This document shows positions 43,732-56,304 of a stretch of 64,000 nt of DNA, piece after piece. The position numbers were made by a program, and so were the translations under genes. The notes under the pieces are model-generated. The model had not been told where the DNA came from. It did not search any database and saw only the letters and a program-made list of their open reading frames with translations. The stretch's first letter is position 1; each line of letters starts with the position of its first letter. This stretch comes from the human T2T-CHM13v2.0 reference genome, Homo sapiens: NCBI RefSeq assembly GCF_009914755.1, contig NC_060929.1. One strand, written 5' to 3'.

Positions 43732-43876
43732 GGGTTATACTATGCAAAGTAGATCCTTTTACTTCAGCCTTTCAATATCTTTATTCAGATATAGCTTTTT
43801 TTAAATAGCATAAATTTGGATTATTTCTAAAATCCTGTCAGATTAGCTTGGAGCATTCAGTCCATCTCTACATTTA

Positions 43877-44160
43877 TTTTATTTTTGAGACAGTGTCCCT
43901 CTGTCACCCAGTTTGGAGAAGAGTGGCACGATCTTGGCTCACTGCAACCTCCATCTCCCAGGTTCAAATGATTCTTGTGCCTCAGCCTCCCGAGTAGCTA
44001 GGATAACAGGCATGCACCACCACACCCGGCTTTTTATAGTTTTAGTAGAGTCGGGGTTTCGCCATGTTGGTCAGGCTGGTCTCGAACTCCTGACCTCAAG
44101 TGATCTGCCCACAGCCTCCCAAAGTGCTGGGATTATAGGTGTGAGCCACTACACCTGGCC
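43877..44160 (-). mobile_element. AluS-like element
   Basis: TSD ccatctctaYattta at 43862 and 44161. Confidence 0.92.
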
Positions 44161-44513
44161 CCATCTCTATATTTAATGAAACTAAACTACTGATGTGTTT
44201 GAATTTAGCTGTACTAATGTACCTTATCTGTTACTTCCTGTTATCATGCCCTTGTTTATGCATTTTTTTCTCCCTCCTCTCATGTCTTTCATTCTTTTGG
44301 ATTGTTTTTCTTAGGTATTCTCTTCCCCCAATGGTTTGGTACTTTGCATACCCTGCATACCCTATTTCTAGTTGTCATCCTTGAAACTTACTTTAGTTCT
44401 ACTTTTTAGCCCTCAAGGAAATTGTTACTGTTGTTATTTTATATACATAGTAAATGTCAGTTTAAATGTATCTATATTATTTACCACTTTTGTTATTCTT
44501 CAGTCCTTCTTAA

Positions 44514-44822
<309 letters not shown>

Positions 44823-44879
44823 GGGATTACTTTTCTTTAGCCTAAGTATATCCTCTAATAATTTTTTAGTGAGCATCTG

Positions 44880-46290
44880 GTGGCAAACTTTATTTTCACC
44901 TCCTAGTTAAAAAAATAGCTGATTGGTGTACTTAGAGCATTCAAATTTAAAGTAATTACTGATACAGCTGGATTAATGTCTACTATGTTTATATTGCATT
45001 TGAGTTTGGGGGAATTTCCTTTGACCTATCTATCTTCAAGCTCACTGACTCTTTGCTTGGCTGTGCTCAGTCTACTGATGAGCCCATCAACATCATTCTG
45101 CATTTCCTTACAGCATTCCTTAGCATTTATTTTTAGAGTTTCCATCTCTCTGCGTACATCACTTCTTGCATGTTGTCTACTTTTTTCCATTGGAGCCTTT
45201 AACCTACTAATCATAGGTATTGTAAATTCCCTATCTGATAATTGAAATATTTGTGTCATATCTGAGGACTGCTTCTGATGCTTGTTTTGTCTCTTCAGAC
45301 CGTGGGTTTTTCTTGCCTTTTAGCATGCCTTGTAGTTTTTTTGCTGAAAGCTGGACATGATTGATATATCAAAACTGAAGTAATTAGACTTTTAGTGTGA
45401 GGTTTCATGCTAATGTGGCTAGGAGCTGGGCTGTATTTAATGTTTGCCATAATTGTAGGTACTGGAGGCTTCAGTTTCCTCTAGTTTCCTTGTTTTTATT
45501 TACTTTTTCTTCTGTTGTTTTTGGGTTTCCTAAGAGCTCCTTAAACAGCTTGTGTCTTGCAGCTCTCTCAGTTGTAATCCACTGTTATTTTATCCTGGAG
45601 CCCTGTTTATATGGTGGTAAGGTGTTGGGGAGGGGGAGGGGAATTGTTTTTTAATCTTTATGATTAAATCTCAGTTTTTTTTAGTGGGTCTGAATCCCTG
45701 GGCTGTGACTTTCAGAAATGAGACAAGAAGGCTAAGGAAGGGCTAGAATCCTCTATTTGCCTTTCCCCCAGGTCACATAAGGGCCTGTTGAATTAGTTTT
45801 CCTTACAGGGCAGGCCTTTTGTTGTGAACACTCTGCTACGTATTTCCAAATTTTACCTTCCCTCTACTCCTACCAGAAAAAGGAGGGAATTTTTCTTGCA
45901 TCTTCACCATAAGAACCTTGTGGAGTTTCTGGAAGTTAGAAATTTTGTGGGGTAAACCCAAGAAATTGCAGGAAACCCCCACTAAGACTGGGTCCCTGGG
46001 AGTTTTTAACTCTGAAGCTAGTCCTCACTCAGCCTCCAGCAATTCATCAAAATTGCCATAGTCTTCCTGGCTTCAGTGGCATCTTTTCCCAAATTGCCAT
46101 AGTCTTCCTGGCTTCAGTGGCATCTTTTCCCAGTAAGCTGATCTTGGCTGTTTCTCTGTATTTGTCTATTCTTCTAGATTTTGAAGTGGTGGTTTGTCCT
46201 ATGACCTCCATTCTCTGAGGGATCTAAGAAAAGTCATTGCTTTTCCAGTTTCTATAGCTTTGTTGCCATTTTCCTGTTGTGATTTTCAGT
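44880..46290 (-). mobile_element. Old L1M 5'/ORF1 remnant
   Basis: ORF 45026..45259 resembles the L1 ORF1 coiled coil (DGLISRLSTAKQRVSELEDR). Confidence 0.7.
46050..46132. repeat. Perfect 41-bp tandem duplication
   Basis: aaattgccatagtcttcctggcttcagtggcatcttttccc x2. Confidence 0.95.
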
Positions 46291-46437
46291 ACCTACAGAT
46301 TTCCCTTGTGGTTTATATACACAAACATATACACAATCATTAAAAACAATTGTATTCTTCTGCTTTTAGATCCATCCACTGCCTTTTCAACTGCATTTAT
46401 ATTTCCATCCCTTGTTTTTAAACTTACTAAATATACA

Positions 46438-46860
46438 GAACCAGTCCAAATGCCCATCAATCAACGAGTGGATAAAGAAAATGTGGTATATATATACCAT
46501 GGAATACTACTCAGCCACAAAAAGGAACAAAATAATGGCATTTGCAGCAACCTGGATGGAACTGGAAACCATTATTGTAAGTGAAGTAACCCAGGAATGG
46601 GAAACCAAATATTGCATGTTCTCACTTCTAAGTGGGAGCTAAACTATGAAGATGCAAAGGCATGAGAATGATATTATGGACTTTGTGGACTAGGGTTGGG
46701 GAGGGGATGAGGGATGAAAGACTACACATTGGGTACAGTGTACACTGCTCGGGTGATGGGTGCACCAAAATCCCAGAAATCACCACTAAAGAACTTATTC
46801 ATGTAACCTACCACTACCTGTTCCCCAAAAACCTATTGAAATCATTTTAAAAAAGATTAT
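46438..46860 (+). mobile_element. 5'-truncated L1PB-type 3' end
   Basis: ORF 46412..46642 CPSINEWIKKMWYIYTMEYYSA...; L1PB-type 3' UTR. Confidence 0.88.
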
Positions 46861-47724
46861 AAACTTAAAAAAACCCCAACTTACTAAACTTACTAATTTA
46901 CCAGGTTCTACAAATGCCGTCAAAGAGCAAGTTGGCTTGAGTTCCACTTATCTCTGTAGGTTCCTGCCTTCACTTAGTTCTTAATTTTTTTAGTCTAGCA
47001 TTTTTGGTGGGAGGTTATATACCTATTCCAGTAGTCTATCATAGTAGAAGTCTATATCTTAAGGTATATATTTCCATCCTTATGATTCTATTATTTTTTA
47101 ACAAGAAGAACTCGTGATATTATTTACAATGAAAAAAATCATATAGCTCAGTTAGTCTGGGATGTATACAATTGAAACCATTCTTTTTTTTTTTTTTTTA
47201 AACAAGTAAAGTTGTTAGTATCCAGGCACTGAATTATACCTTCATGGTATCAATCAAAGCTATGATCAGAATTTTATGTAACTGCTTAATCACTTCTTTA
47301 ACAAGTGTACCGCTACAGGTAACATTAAACGTCTCTAGCAATGATCTTTATCGGGTTCTCTTGCCTTGACTGAAATATTATTAATACTTCTTATATCCAT
47401 TAACATAAAATAACTTTTTGTTGAGCAAAAATAGTGTGAAAACATTAAGATGAATGTGCGCTTTGGAAATGTTTAAATAGATATGAAATGATTAAATAAA
47501 ATCACAGTCTTGTGCAACATCCATAGCTTACAGTTATTTGGCAACTATGAAACCACAGTTACTAATGGAATTAAGACTTTTTAAAAAATTGCAAATGTAC
47601 TTATTTGTATATGAAAGAGGTATTCAGCTATTAACTCAGTATTTAATAAACATTGATATGTAATTTTTACTTGAAATGGCCTAAGGTTTATAAAGCAACT
47701 AGTTCATAGAGCTTTTTTTAAAAA

Positions 47725-48218
47725 AGACTTTTTTTAGAGCAGTTTTAAGTTCACAGCAAAATTGGGAGGAAGGTACAGAGATTTTTCATATACCTCCTGT
47801 CCCACACATCATCACCCAAAGTCCATAGTTGAGGGTTCACTCTTGGTGGTGGACATTCTTTGGGTTTGGATAAATGTATAATGACATGTTTCCACCATTG
47901 TAGTATCATACGAAGTATTTTCACTGCCCTAAAAATCCTCTGTGCTCTGCACATTTATCCCTCCCTTCCTTCTAAACCCTGGCAACCGCTGATTTTTTTT
48001 TGCTGTCTTCACAGTTTTGCCTTTTATGGAATGTTATATAGTTAGAATCACACAGTATGTAGCCCTTTCAGATTAGCTTTTTTCACTTAGTAATATGCAT
48101 TTAACGTCCCTCCATGTGTTTTCATGGCTTGACAGCTTATTTCTTTTTAGTCCTCAATAGTATTCCATCATCTGGATGTATCATAGTTTATCACTTCACC
48201 TACTGAAGGACATCTTTG
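47725..48218 (-). mobile_element. L1MC-type 3' end
   Basis: Similar to 20185-20780 (ttcacagcaaaatt...aaggtacagagattt). Confidence 0.75.
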
Positions 48219-48769
48219 TCTTTGCTAGCTAAAAAGTAATCTCACAGAAGTTCGTTTTATAAACTCTTGTTGCCATTTTCTAGATAATGAATCTCTGACA
48301 ATCCAGCTCCCATGCTATGTTAACCAATCCCCAATAGTAATTAAGCACACCTTTTCTAGGATGCGCCTTTTTCTCCCATAATTTCTCATACATGCTAATA
48401 CTCATTAGGAAACTAAAATTTTTAACCAAATAACAGTGTAGTGGACAAAATCACTGTAGTTAGCTTTCTTTTTCCATGTCTTCCCATGATCAAAGATCAA
48501 AGGAAGGAAGGAGAAAAAAGTCTACACAGATTCTTATCAACAGAGATCCCTATGCAGCTCATATACCTCTCTGTTTCTGCCATACCTATTTGTCTTATTA
48601 ATCTTGGTGTCACTTACTGTGCCTTTCTAATATTTTACATTCATAAAAATCATCTGACTAGTAGGAAATAATAGTAGACTTGGTATAATTATTAGTACTA
48701 TGTATATAAATTAACCTTTGTTTCTAGGCCTTCATATTTCATGCTTTTGACATAAGGTGAAAAGGTGTT

Positions 48770-48777
48770 CTACCAAC
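48770..48777 (-). CDS. NR3C1: Intron 7 read-through tail of the GR-P isoform (Gly-Trp-stop)
   Basis: G|GT TGG TAG directly after exon 7; gives 676 aa, the length reported for GR-P. Confidence 0.8.
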
Positions 48778-48908
48778 CTGAAGAGAGAAGCAGTAAGGTT
48801 TTCATACAGAGATACTCTTCATAAGATACCTGAAGCCTGTGTAACTCAGAGGAAACATACAGCATGTGTTTACATTGGTCGTACATGCAGGGTAGAGTCA
48901 TTCTCTGC
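48778..48908 (-). CDS. NR3C1: NR3C1 exon 7 (131 bp), LBD
   Basis: cacAG|GCAGAGAATG...TCTTCAG|GTTGGT; encodes [43 protein letters not shown](V). Confidence 0.98.
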
Positions 48909-50097
48909 CTGTGAAAGATAAATAGCAGGGTATTAGTTAGAAATACTGCTACTTCCCCCCAAAAAGCACATTTTTGTTTTGTTTTGCAAAACTATGAACT
49001 CATAAAGAAAAACAACTACTGCAATAATATTATTGCTAATTCCCTATAAAATCAGAATTTTGGAAAACTTTCCTTAAACTTCCTGCATCTTGGCTGTTTA
49101 AATAGACTAATGAATAATCTAATGTAACAGTGGAGATATTATTTTCTATCATGCATGCCATGTATTATTTTATTATTTAATTAAAGTGTTAGAATTCTTA
49201 TAGAACTTATTACTAGTTGCTCATTTAAATCAAGGTTTATCATTTGAATACGGTCAATTAGACGACAGTTTTAGGTCCTACACACTTGATTTTTAAAGGT
49301 AAATTTTTTCACAGCAGTCCATCCTAAAGACAAAAATGTGTGACACTGTTCACAGTTATGCAGAGGGCGAGACCTAGAACTTGATTCTAGACTTCTGATG
49401 CTCAAAATCTGCCTCTGACAGGCATATGCCTTAATATTCTTTAAACTAAAGGTACTAAACCAATTCTTGCTTATGATTCTGAAGTCATTACATACCTATG
49501 ATTTTCAAATAGGTCTCTAAAGTTTCCTGACTTGTGAAATGACACTAAGAGCCTGAAACTGGGCCCAGTTCACAGCTTTTAAAATGCTTCAAGATTTTTT
49601 TTTTTTTTTTAAGTTTCTGACAGAAAGTCGTCTTGGACTTAACAACAGAAAGGTTATTATTTTTCTCTACTGAATATGTGGTTTATTCCTTTATATAAAA
49701 TAAATTAGACATGACTTATATGCTGCCAAAGTGATCAGAGGCTCTTCAAATTTAAAATCTGCTCTTACCGAAGAGGCACCTCCCTAGTCCTTAATAGTAG
49801 GTAAAGCACTCCTTTTCTGGGAGGCACCTTTTTTTCCTTTAGTTTCTTGTACATGGTTATACTCATATAACTGAAAATTTCAACAAAGTTATAGTGTAGT
49901 AGAATAAGTAAAAACTCATTCTTGTTGGCTGTAAAAACAACAACAATTTTTTTTTCCCCCACAACGTTCTGACCTAAGGGCAACCATGAGAGACTGTTTG
50001 ACAGCTCTATAGAGGGTCAGAACTTGAATGCATACTTTCTGATATGCAATATCTGCCTGTCACAGACACCAGAGCAGTATGGAAACATAGTGGGCTA

Positions 50098-50423
<326 letters not shown>

Positions 50424-51985
50424 AAGGTGGAGGACTGCCCATCTTTTAGGCAGCAGCATGAGAACACAAGAATAGGAAGTACATATCCCTTAATGAAAAT
50501 GAAACTAATGTAAATCTGTTGAGGAAAAAAAATTATAAATCCCACTTTATGTAAGGAATGTATGTGGCATGATTAGATTTTGCTGTGACTGCTTAAAGCT
50601 AAATCTGAATGCCCTAATAATAAAAACCCTAAATTAGGTTAGTTTTATAAACCAGGATAAGTTGGTGTTTCATACAAATCTGTTTATGCTTTTAATTCCA
50701 CTTAAATGCCTTCAAATTACATATTAGAAAGTGACTAAAAAACAAATACTGCCAACATGGTATTTTTTAAACAGCATGGTAGGATTATGATGAGTAATAA
50801 TGTCTTCAGTTTCCCCAGAAACTAAATATATTTACCAGTTAATTTAAAATTGGATCCAACTACCTAATCTTGTTACATTGTGATGCAGTAGTTTGAACAG
50901 TCCTCTTTTTGGCAATAAAAGTCAAGGTGACTTCTGTTTTCTATACAAACAGAAATCTCCTTCATTTTTTATTCTTCTTAGACCAGGGGTATGTGTGTGT
51001 GAACTCCCTGTTTACATTGTACTAATAGCAATAAGCTAGGGGTACGAAAAGTAGTAATACAAGGTAGAAAGTGAGAGTAACTAGGATGTGACTTCTCTGC
51101 TGTGTATCTGGTGATGTGAACACCAAGAGTCTAAGAGTATGCTGGAAAGGATGGATGGGAATGAAGAGTGTGTGAAGGAAAACAATGGGAGAGGAAGTGA
51201 GGTCAGATTCTGGAAAGTCTGAAATCATGCAGAATATGTACTGGAGGGTCAGTGGGAAGATACTGAAGACAATCTGTGTACTGGGGAGATATGTGATGCA
51301 GTCAGACTGTGCTTGAGGAAGCAAACATTAGCCAACATGATGAACGTTACACTGGAGGGAGAAAACGAGTGAGGAAACAACTGCAATGAGGTAAGGGGAA
51401 ATGGACACCTGAAGTATTTCGCAGACACAGGAATAAGCTTAGAGGATAAGAGAATAGCTGATTTATAAAATCTTAAAGGCTTGGTCTTCTCTCAGTTAAA
51501 CAAAACAAATTTGTTCCCATATTCTTAAACCACAGACACTGGGTGAGCCTTGCCATGCAAAGAGATACCTCTTGTGTCTGGGTCCATATGTCCCACCCCA
51601 TCAGCCTAGATATCCTCATCTACAATTGTCCCCACTGAATCCACATGAGTTTTACCATGCTCCTTTTTCTTTCTGGAATAGGGTTATGTAAATGATATCA
51701 CAGTAAGATTCCTTGTTGCTTGCGACAGACTTTACTAACCTCAGATATGCTGTTAAATATCCTCAAACATGTCCTGGGACAGTAATAATGCCACATGTAC
51801 ATTTGCTTTACATTACACTTGTCCTGCCCCAAGCACTCATAACTCTATTTCCAGTTTGCCTAGATCCTAGATACCTAGTAGGATTGTTTCAGTCCTGAAT
51901 TATCACAATAGCAGTCAATCAGGAAAACATCAGCTGGTTAAAGATACCCTATGAATACAGGGAAAATGACACACATACAACTTAC

Positions 51986-52130
51986 TCATTAATAATCAGA
52001 TCAGGAGCAAAACACAGCAGGTTTGCACTTGATTGTCTATATGATCTCCACCCCAGAGCAAATGCCATAAGAAACATCCAGGAGTACTGCAGTAGGGTCA
52101 TTTGGTCATCCAGGTGTAAGTTCCTGAAAC
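51986..52130 (-). CDS. NR3C1: NR3C1 exon 6 (145 bp), LBD
   Basis: ttcAG|GTTTCAGG...AATGA|GTAAG; encodes [49 protein letters not shown] (seen in ORF 51982..52164). Confidence 0.98.
52075..52084 (-). promoter_or_regulatory. IR1 negative-GRE-like motif within exon 6
   Basis: Minus strand CTCC-T-GGATG versus consensus CTCC(N)0-2GGAGA; an exon-6 nGRE has been reported for GR autorepression. Confidence 0.45.
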
Positions 52131-52324
52131 CTGAATTAAGAGAAATAAAGGTATGAGGCAACACTCTTCAGAAGATCATCTCTGTGGGAATTGCCAAGGA
52201 GCAATGAGATCAATTAGCCCTGTCAAAACAAGGGCACCCCTAACAGAAAATGGAAATTAAATACTAGGTAGACACAGTTTTCTTCTGTCATCTGACACTT
52301 TAAGACTCACAAACCCTCTTGTGT

Positions 52325-52632
<308 letters not shown>

Positions 52633-52749
52633 CCCTAGGTGCTTTTTAATAGCTTTTAATGTAAAAAAAAAAAAAAAAAGCCAGTTTTGTCACCTCTGTC
52701 TGCTTAAGTAAACATGAACTAAATAGTAAAATAGCCAAAATTCTTGGCT

Positions 52750-53080
52750 TGGCGGTTACCAGTGACCGGGAAAGATAGTGGTGATGGGGATGAAGCGGGA
52801 ATGGTTGACGGGTGCAAAAATACAGTTAGAAGAAATAAGTTTTAGTGTTCAGTAGCACAACAGGATGACTATAGTTAACAATAATTTACTTTATATTTCA
52901 AAATACCTAAAAGAGAAGATTTGGAATGTTCCCCAAACAAATGTTTGAGGTGATGGATATCCCAGTTACTCTGATTTGATCCTTACACGTTGTATGCTTT
53001 TATTAAATTATTACATGTACCCCCTAAATATAAATATGTACAGTAAATATGTACAACTATTATGTATTGATTTTAAAAAA
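52750..53080 (+). mobile_element. L1MA-type 3' UTR fragment
   Basis: gactatagttaacaataattt...tgaggtgatggatatccc; flanking repeat tcttggcttg. Confidence 0.8.
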
Positions 53081-53803
53081 CAGAAAAGAATCTTGGCTTG
53101 AGGTATTAATCAATGAGTTAAGCAAAACATTTGCCCTGCTATTCACACCTTTTTCCCCCTTAATAAAACAAGGATGACAGGAGGTCAGGTTACTTTCTTG
53201 CTCTCTCCCTAACTATTTGCGTGAACACAGGCTTGTCAATTCCCTGTCTTTAAAGTCAGAGCTGACACTAACATTGACCTCTGCCATTCCACACCAAATT
53301 CCAATAGGGTAACTTTTATTTAAAATTATCTTTAAAATTACATTCAATGTGTAGCATTTCATTTAGTGAAGGGTTAAAATCATTCTACTTTAGTACAAAT
53401 TTTGACAATCAACATACTTGATGTTTACCAATCTTACAAACAACCTGATTTTTAAAAGTGGCACAATGAAGGAAAACAAATGGAATTAACTAAAAACATT
53501 TTCTTTCCCCAAACTTCAGTGTAAAAGGAGTTTTGAGTGAGTCTTGTAACTTGAATTCTGATATTACATCATCCTATGTGAAATTACCATCCTGTGCATA
53601 ATGATTTGAAAAGCAGGGAGTAATGTAAATGTTTTATTATAAACTCCCTATCACCTGTATTCACCTGACTCTCCCCTTCATAGTCCCCAGAACTAAGAGA
53701 AACAAGATAAGCCATGGGCTCACGATGATATAAAAGCCAAAGTGTTTTTGCTGAAGAAAACACAAAGGTTTATATAGTTGCTCTTTTATGTTTTGCATCT
53801 TAC

Positions 53804-54082
53804 CTGGTATTGCCTTTGCCCATTTCACTGCTGCAATCACTTGCCGCCCTCCTAACATGTTGAGCGTAGTCATGATCCTCCAAGTTGAGTCTGGAACAGA
53901 GCTATCATATCCTGCATATAACACTTCAGGTTCAATAACCTCCAACAGTGACACCAGGGTAGGGGTGAGTTGTGGTAACGTTGCAGGAACTATTGTTTTG
54001 TTACCAGGATTTTCAGAGGTTTCTTGTGAGACTCCTGTAGTGGCCTGCTGAATTCCTTTTATTTTTTTCTTTGTTTTTCGAG
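53804..54082 (-). CDS. NR3C1: NR3C1 exon 5 (279 bp), NLS/hinge and start of the LBD
   Basis: cacAG|CTCGAAAA...ATACCAG|GTAAG; encodes (A)[92 protein letters not shown](G); overlaps ORF 53661..53954. Confidence 0.98.
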
Positions 54083-55344
54083 CTGTGGGTATTTAAACAA
54101 ATACATAGAAATGAACTGTAATGGGAAGGTCTGCGCTACACAGTTTATTCAAGAAGTATTTTTACTTTCTAAAACTATTAAGATGGGAGAAATATTTTAT
54201 TTAGCAATTATGATAAAGTGACATGGAAAAGGAGAAAAAACTTTTTTTTTTCTGAAAGCAAAAGATCCAGAGGAACCTATTCCCAATTAATTTTGCCTAC
54301 AAATAGGCCAGAAACTTCATTAGAGTTATTCCTTATACAAAGTATTATAACGGTATGTTAAAACAATCTGAGTAAATAACTTTTGTAAATTCTTCTATAA
54401 ATTATTTTTTTATCTCACTTTCACTCTAAATGCAACAATTTCATTGGTTATATAAGGCAAATTACTCTTACTATAAACTGAAAAAAAAATCTAAGCTTGG
54501 AGTAACGGATTACAAACTGTGGTTTAAGATTAATCTAAATCATGGTAGTATATATAATGAAGAGAATTACACTATTTACACTTGTTCAAAGCCACTTATA
54601 AAGATAGGAAGATGACAGCAGATTACATGCTAAAAATAGTATTAGTTCTACCAGTAGAAAAAATTCACTTTTCACCTTTACATAGGTACTAACATAAATA
54701 CTGCGTGGGACTAAAAACATTTGGGAAGATGAAATGAAAAACTTTACATTACATAAATTATAAGTGGGAAATTTCCCTTTTATAAGGAAGATTTATATTG
54801 ATTACTCTATAAACCTAAAGCAGCCATTTTCATATTATATATAAATTATCTTTTACCTTGACTTGGTATGGAACCATCTACTCAAACTACAACATGGATC
54901 CTGTAGACTTTTTAGTAGACTTATTCATACTCCTGAAGTTATTTTAGTGACTAAATAAATAAGAATTACATTGTTCTCTCAGAGGGAAAGTACTCAGAAT
55001 TCCAGGGAAAGGCAAGAAATGTAATTTATATCACGAAGAAATGTACTTGTCTAAATTATTAGGGATGCAAACCATTTTGCAAAGGGAAGAGTAAATGTAA
55101 ATCACCTTTAAAAATCATTTTTAGATCCTCTGTCCTTAAAATGACACACCATATAGTCTATGGAGGACAGATATGGTGGTGGGAACGATATCTCAATGTA
55201 CAATGTTAGAATAGAATGGTTCCATTCTTATTGTGTTCTATACTAAATGGGGTAACTGAGAATTGCAAAAATTTTTATTAATAGTTCAAAATAGAAACAG
55301 AATCATGATAGAACCATGCTAATTAGTTTACCATGCTCTCTTGG

Positions 55345-55590
55345 AGGCACAGTATGATATAGGACTAAAGGGCAGAAACCTGAAATCAGCATATTTGGAT
55401 TTAAGTCCTGGTTCTGCCATGTTGTAGCTGGATATCTGTGCAAGTTACTCCCTGACTCTTCATTTCCCCTTCTGTAAAATGAGGACAATATTAGTCCCTA
55501 CCTCATAGGGTTGTTGTGAGAATTAAATATGTAAAATGCTTAGAACAGTTCCTGGCATATATTATAGTAAGTACCACATAACAACTATCA
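55345..55590 (+). mobile_element. MIR element
   Basis: ctgtaaaatgagga...cctacctcatagggttgttgtgagaattaaat core. Confidence 0.75.
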
Positions 55591-56304
55591 TTACCTCAAC
55601 TTGCAGGAGAACATGTTTTTAGAATATTTTAAATTTGGATATCACAACTTAATAGAGGAGTGATAAAATTTTAAAAAGGAAAGACACCAATACATAAAGA
55701 AACTCTTTAAACAACCAGAAGTATCTCAGTGAAATCTTGATCCAAAATCATAAAATGTACTTTTGTTGACAATGTAAAAGAGAACACACATGTGCCAAAT
55801 CAATACACTGAAACAGTACTTTGACAGCCTCAATTAGTCATAACTTTAAATGGTTTGGAATGCATATTTCTTTACTCCACATTAGAACAAGGAAGAAAGA
55901 GTAACAAGCTGGAGGATTAAAAAAAAACATTTTCTATGACTCAGTTTGTAATTAATTTCTCACTACTTATATATAGTTCTAAATGAGAAAACTGATGTTT
56001 TTCAATACAGCTCAGAAAGTACAATTGAACCCAACTGTGCTGTACTGACTAGAGCAAGAAATAATACTAATTAATTTTTCAAAATATCTTCAGGAAGGAG
56101 TTAACTGAACTGAATCATTTAGTTAAGCAATCACTATTTTAAAGCAACTTAGTTAATACAACTTTATATAAATTCCTGACCCATTGGAGCATATAGTTGA
56201 TTAGCAGTCAATACAGGAGCTCCACAGAAGTGTTCATGAGTCTGTGGTAACACTACTTCCTTCTTAATGAAAGTAGAGAAATCTTAATTAGCTTAAAACC
56301 TAGT

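Noticed and set aside
53788-54051. 87-aa plus-strand ORF overlapping exon 5
   Set aside because: Antisense shadow of a coding exon with no independent support
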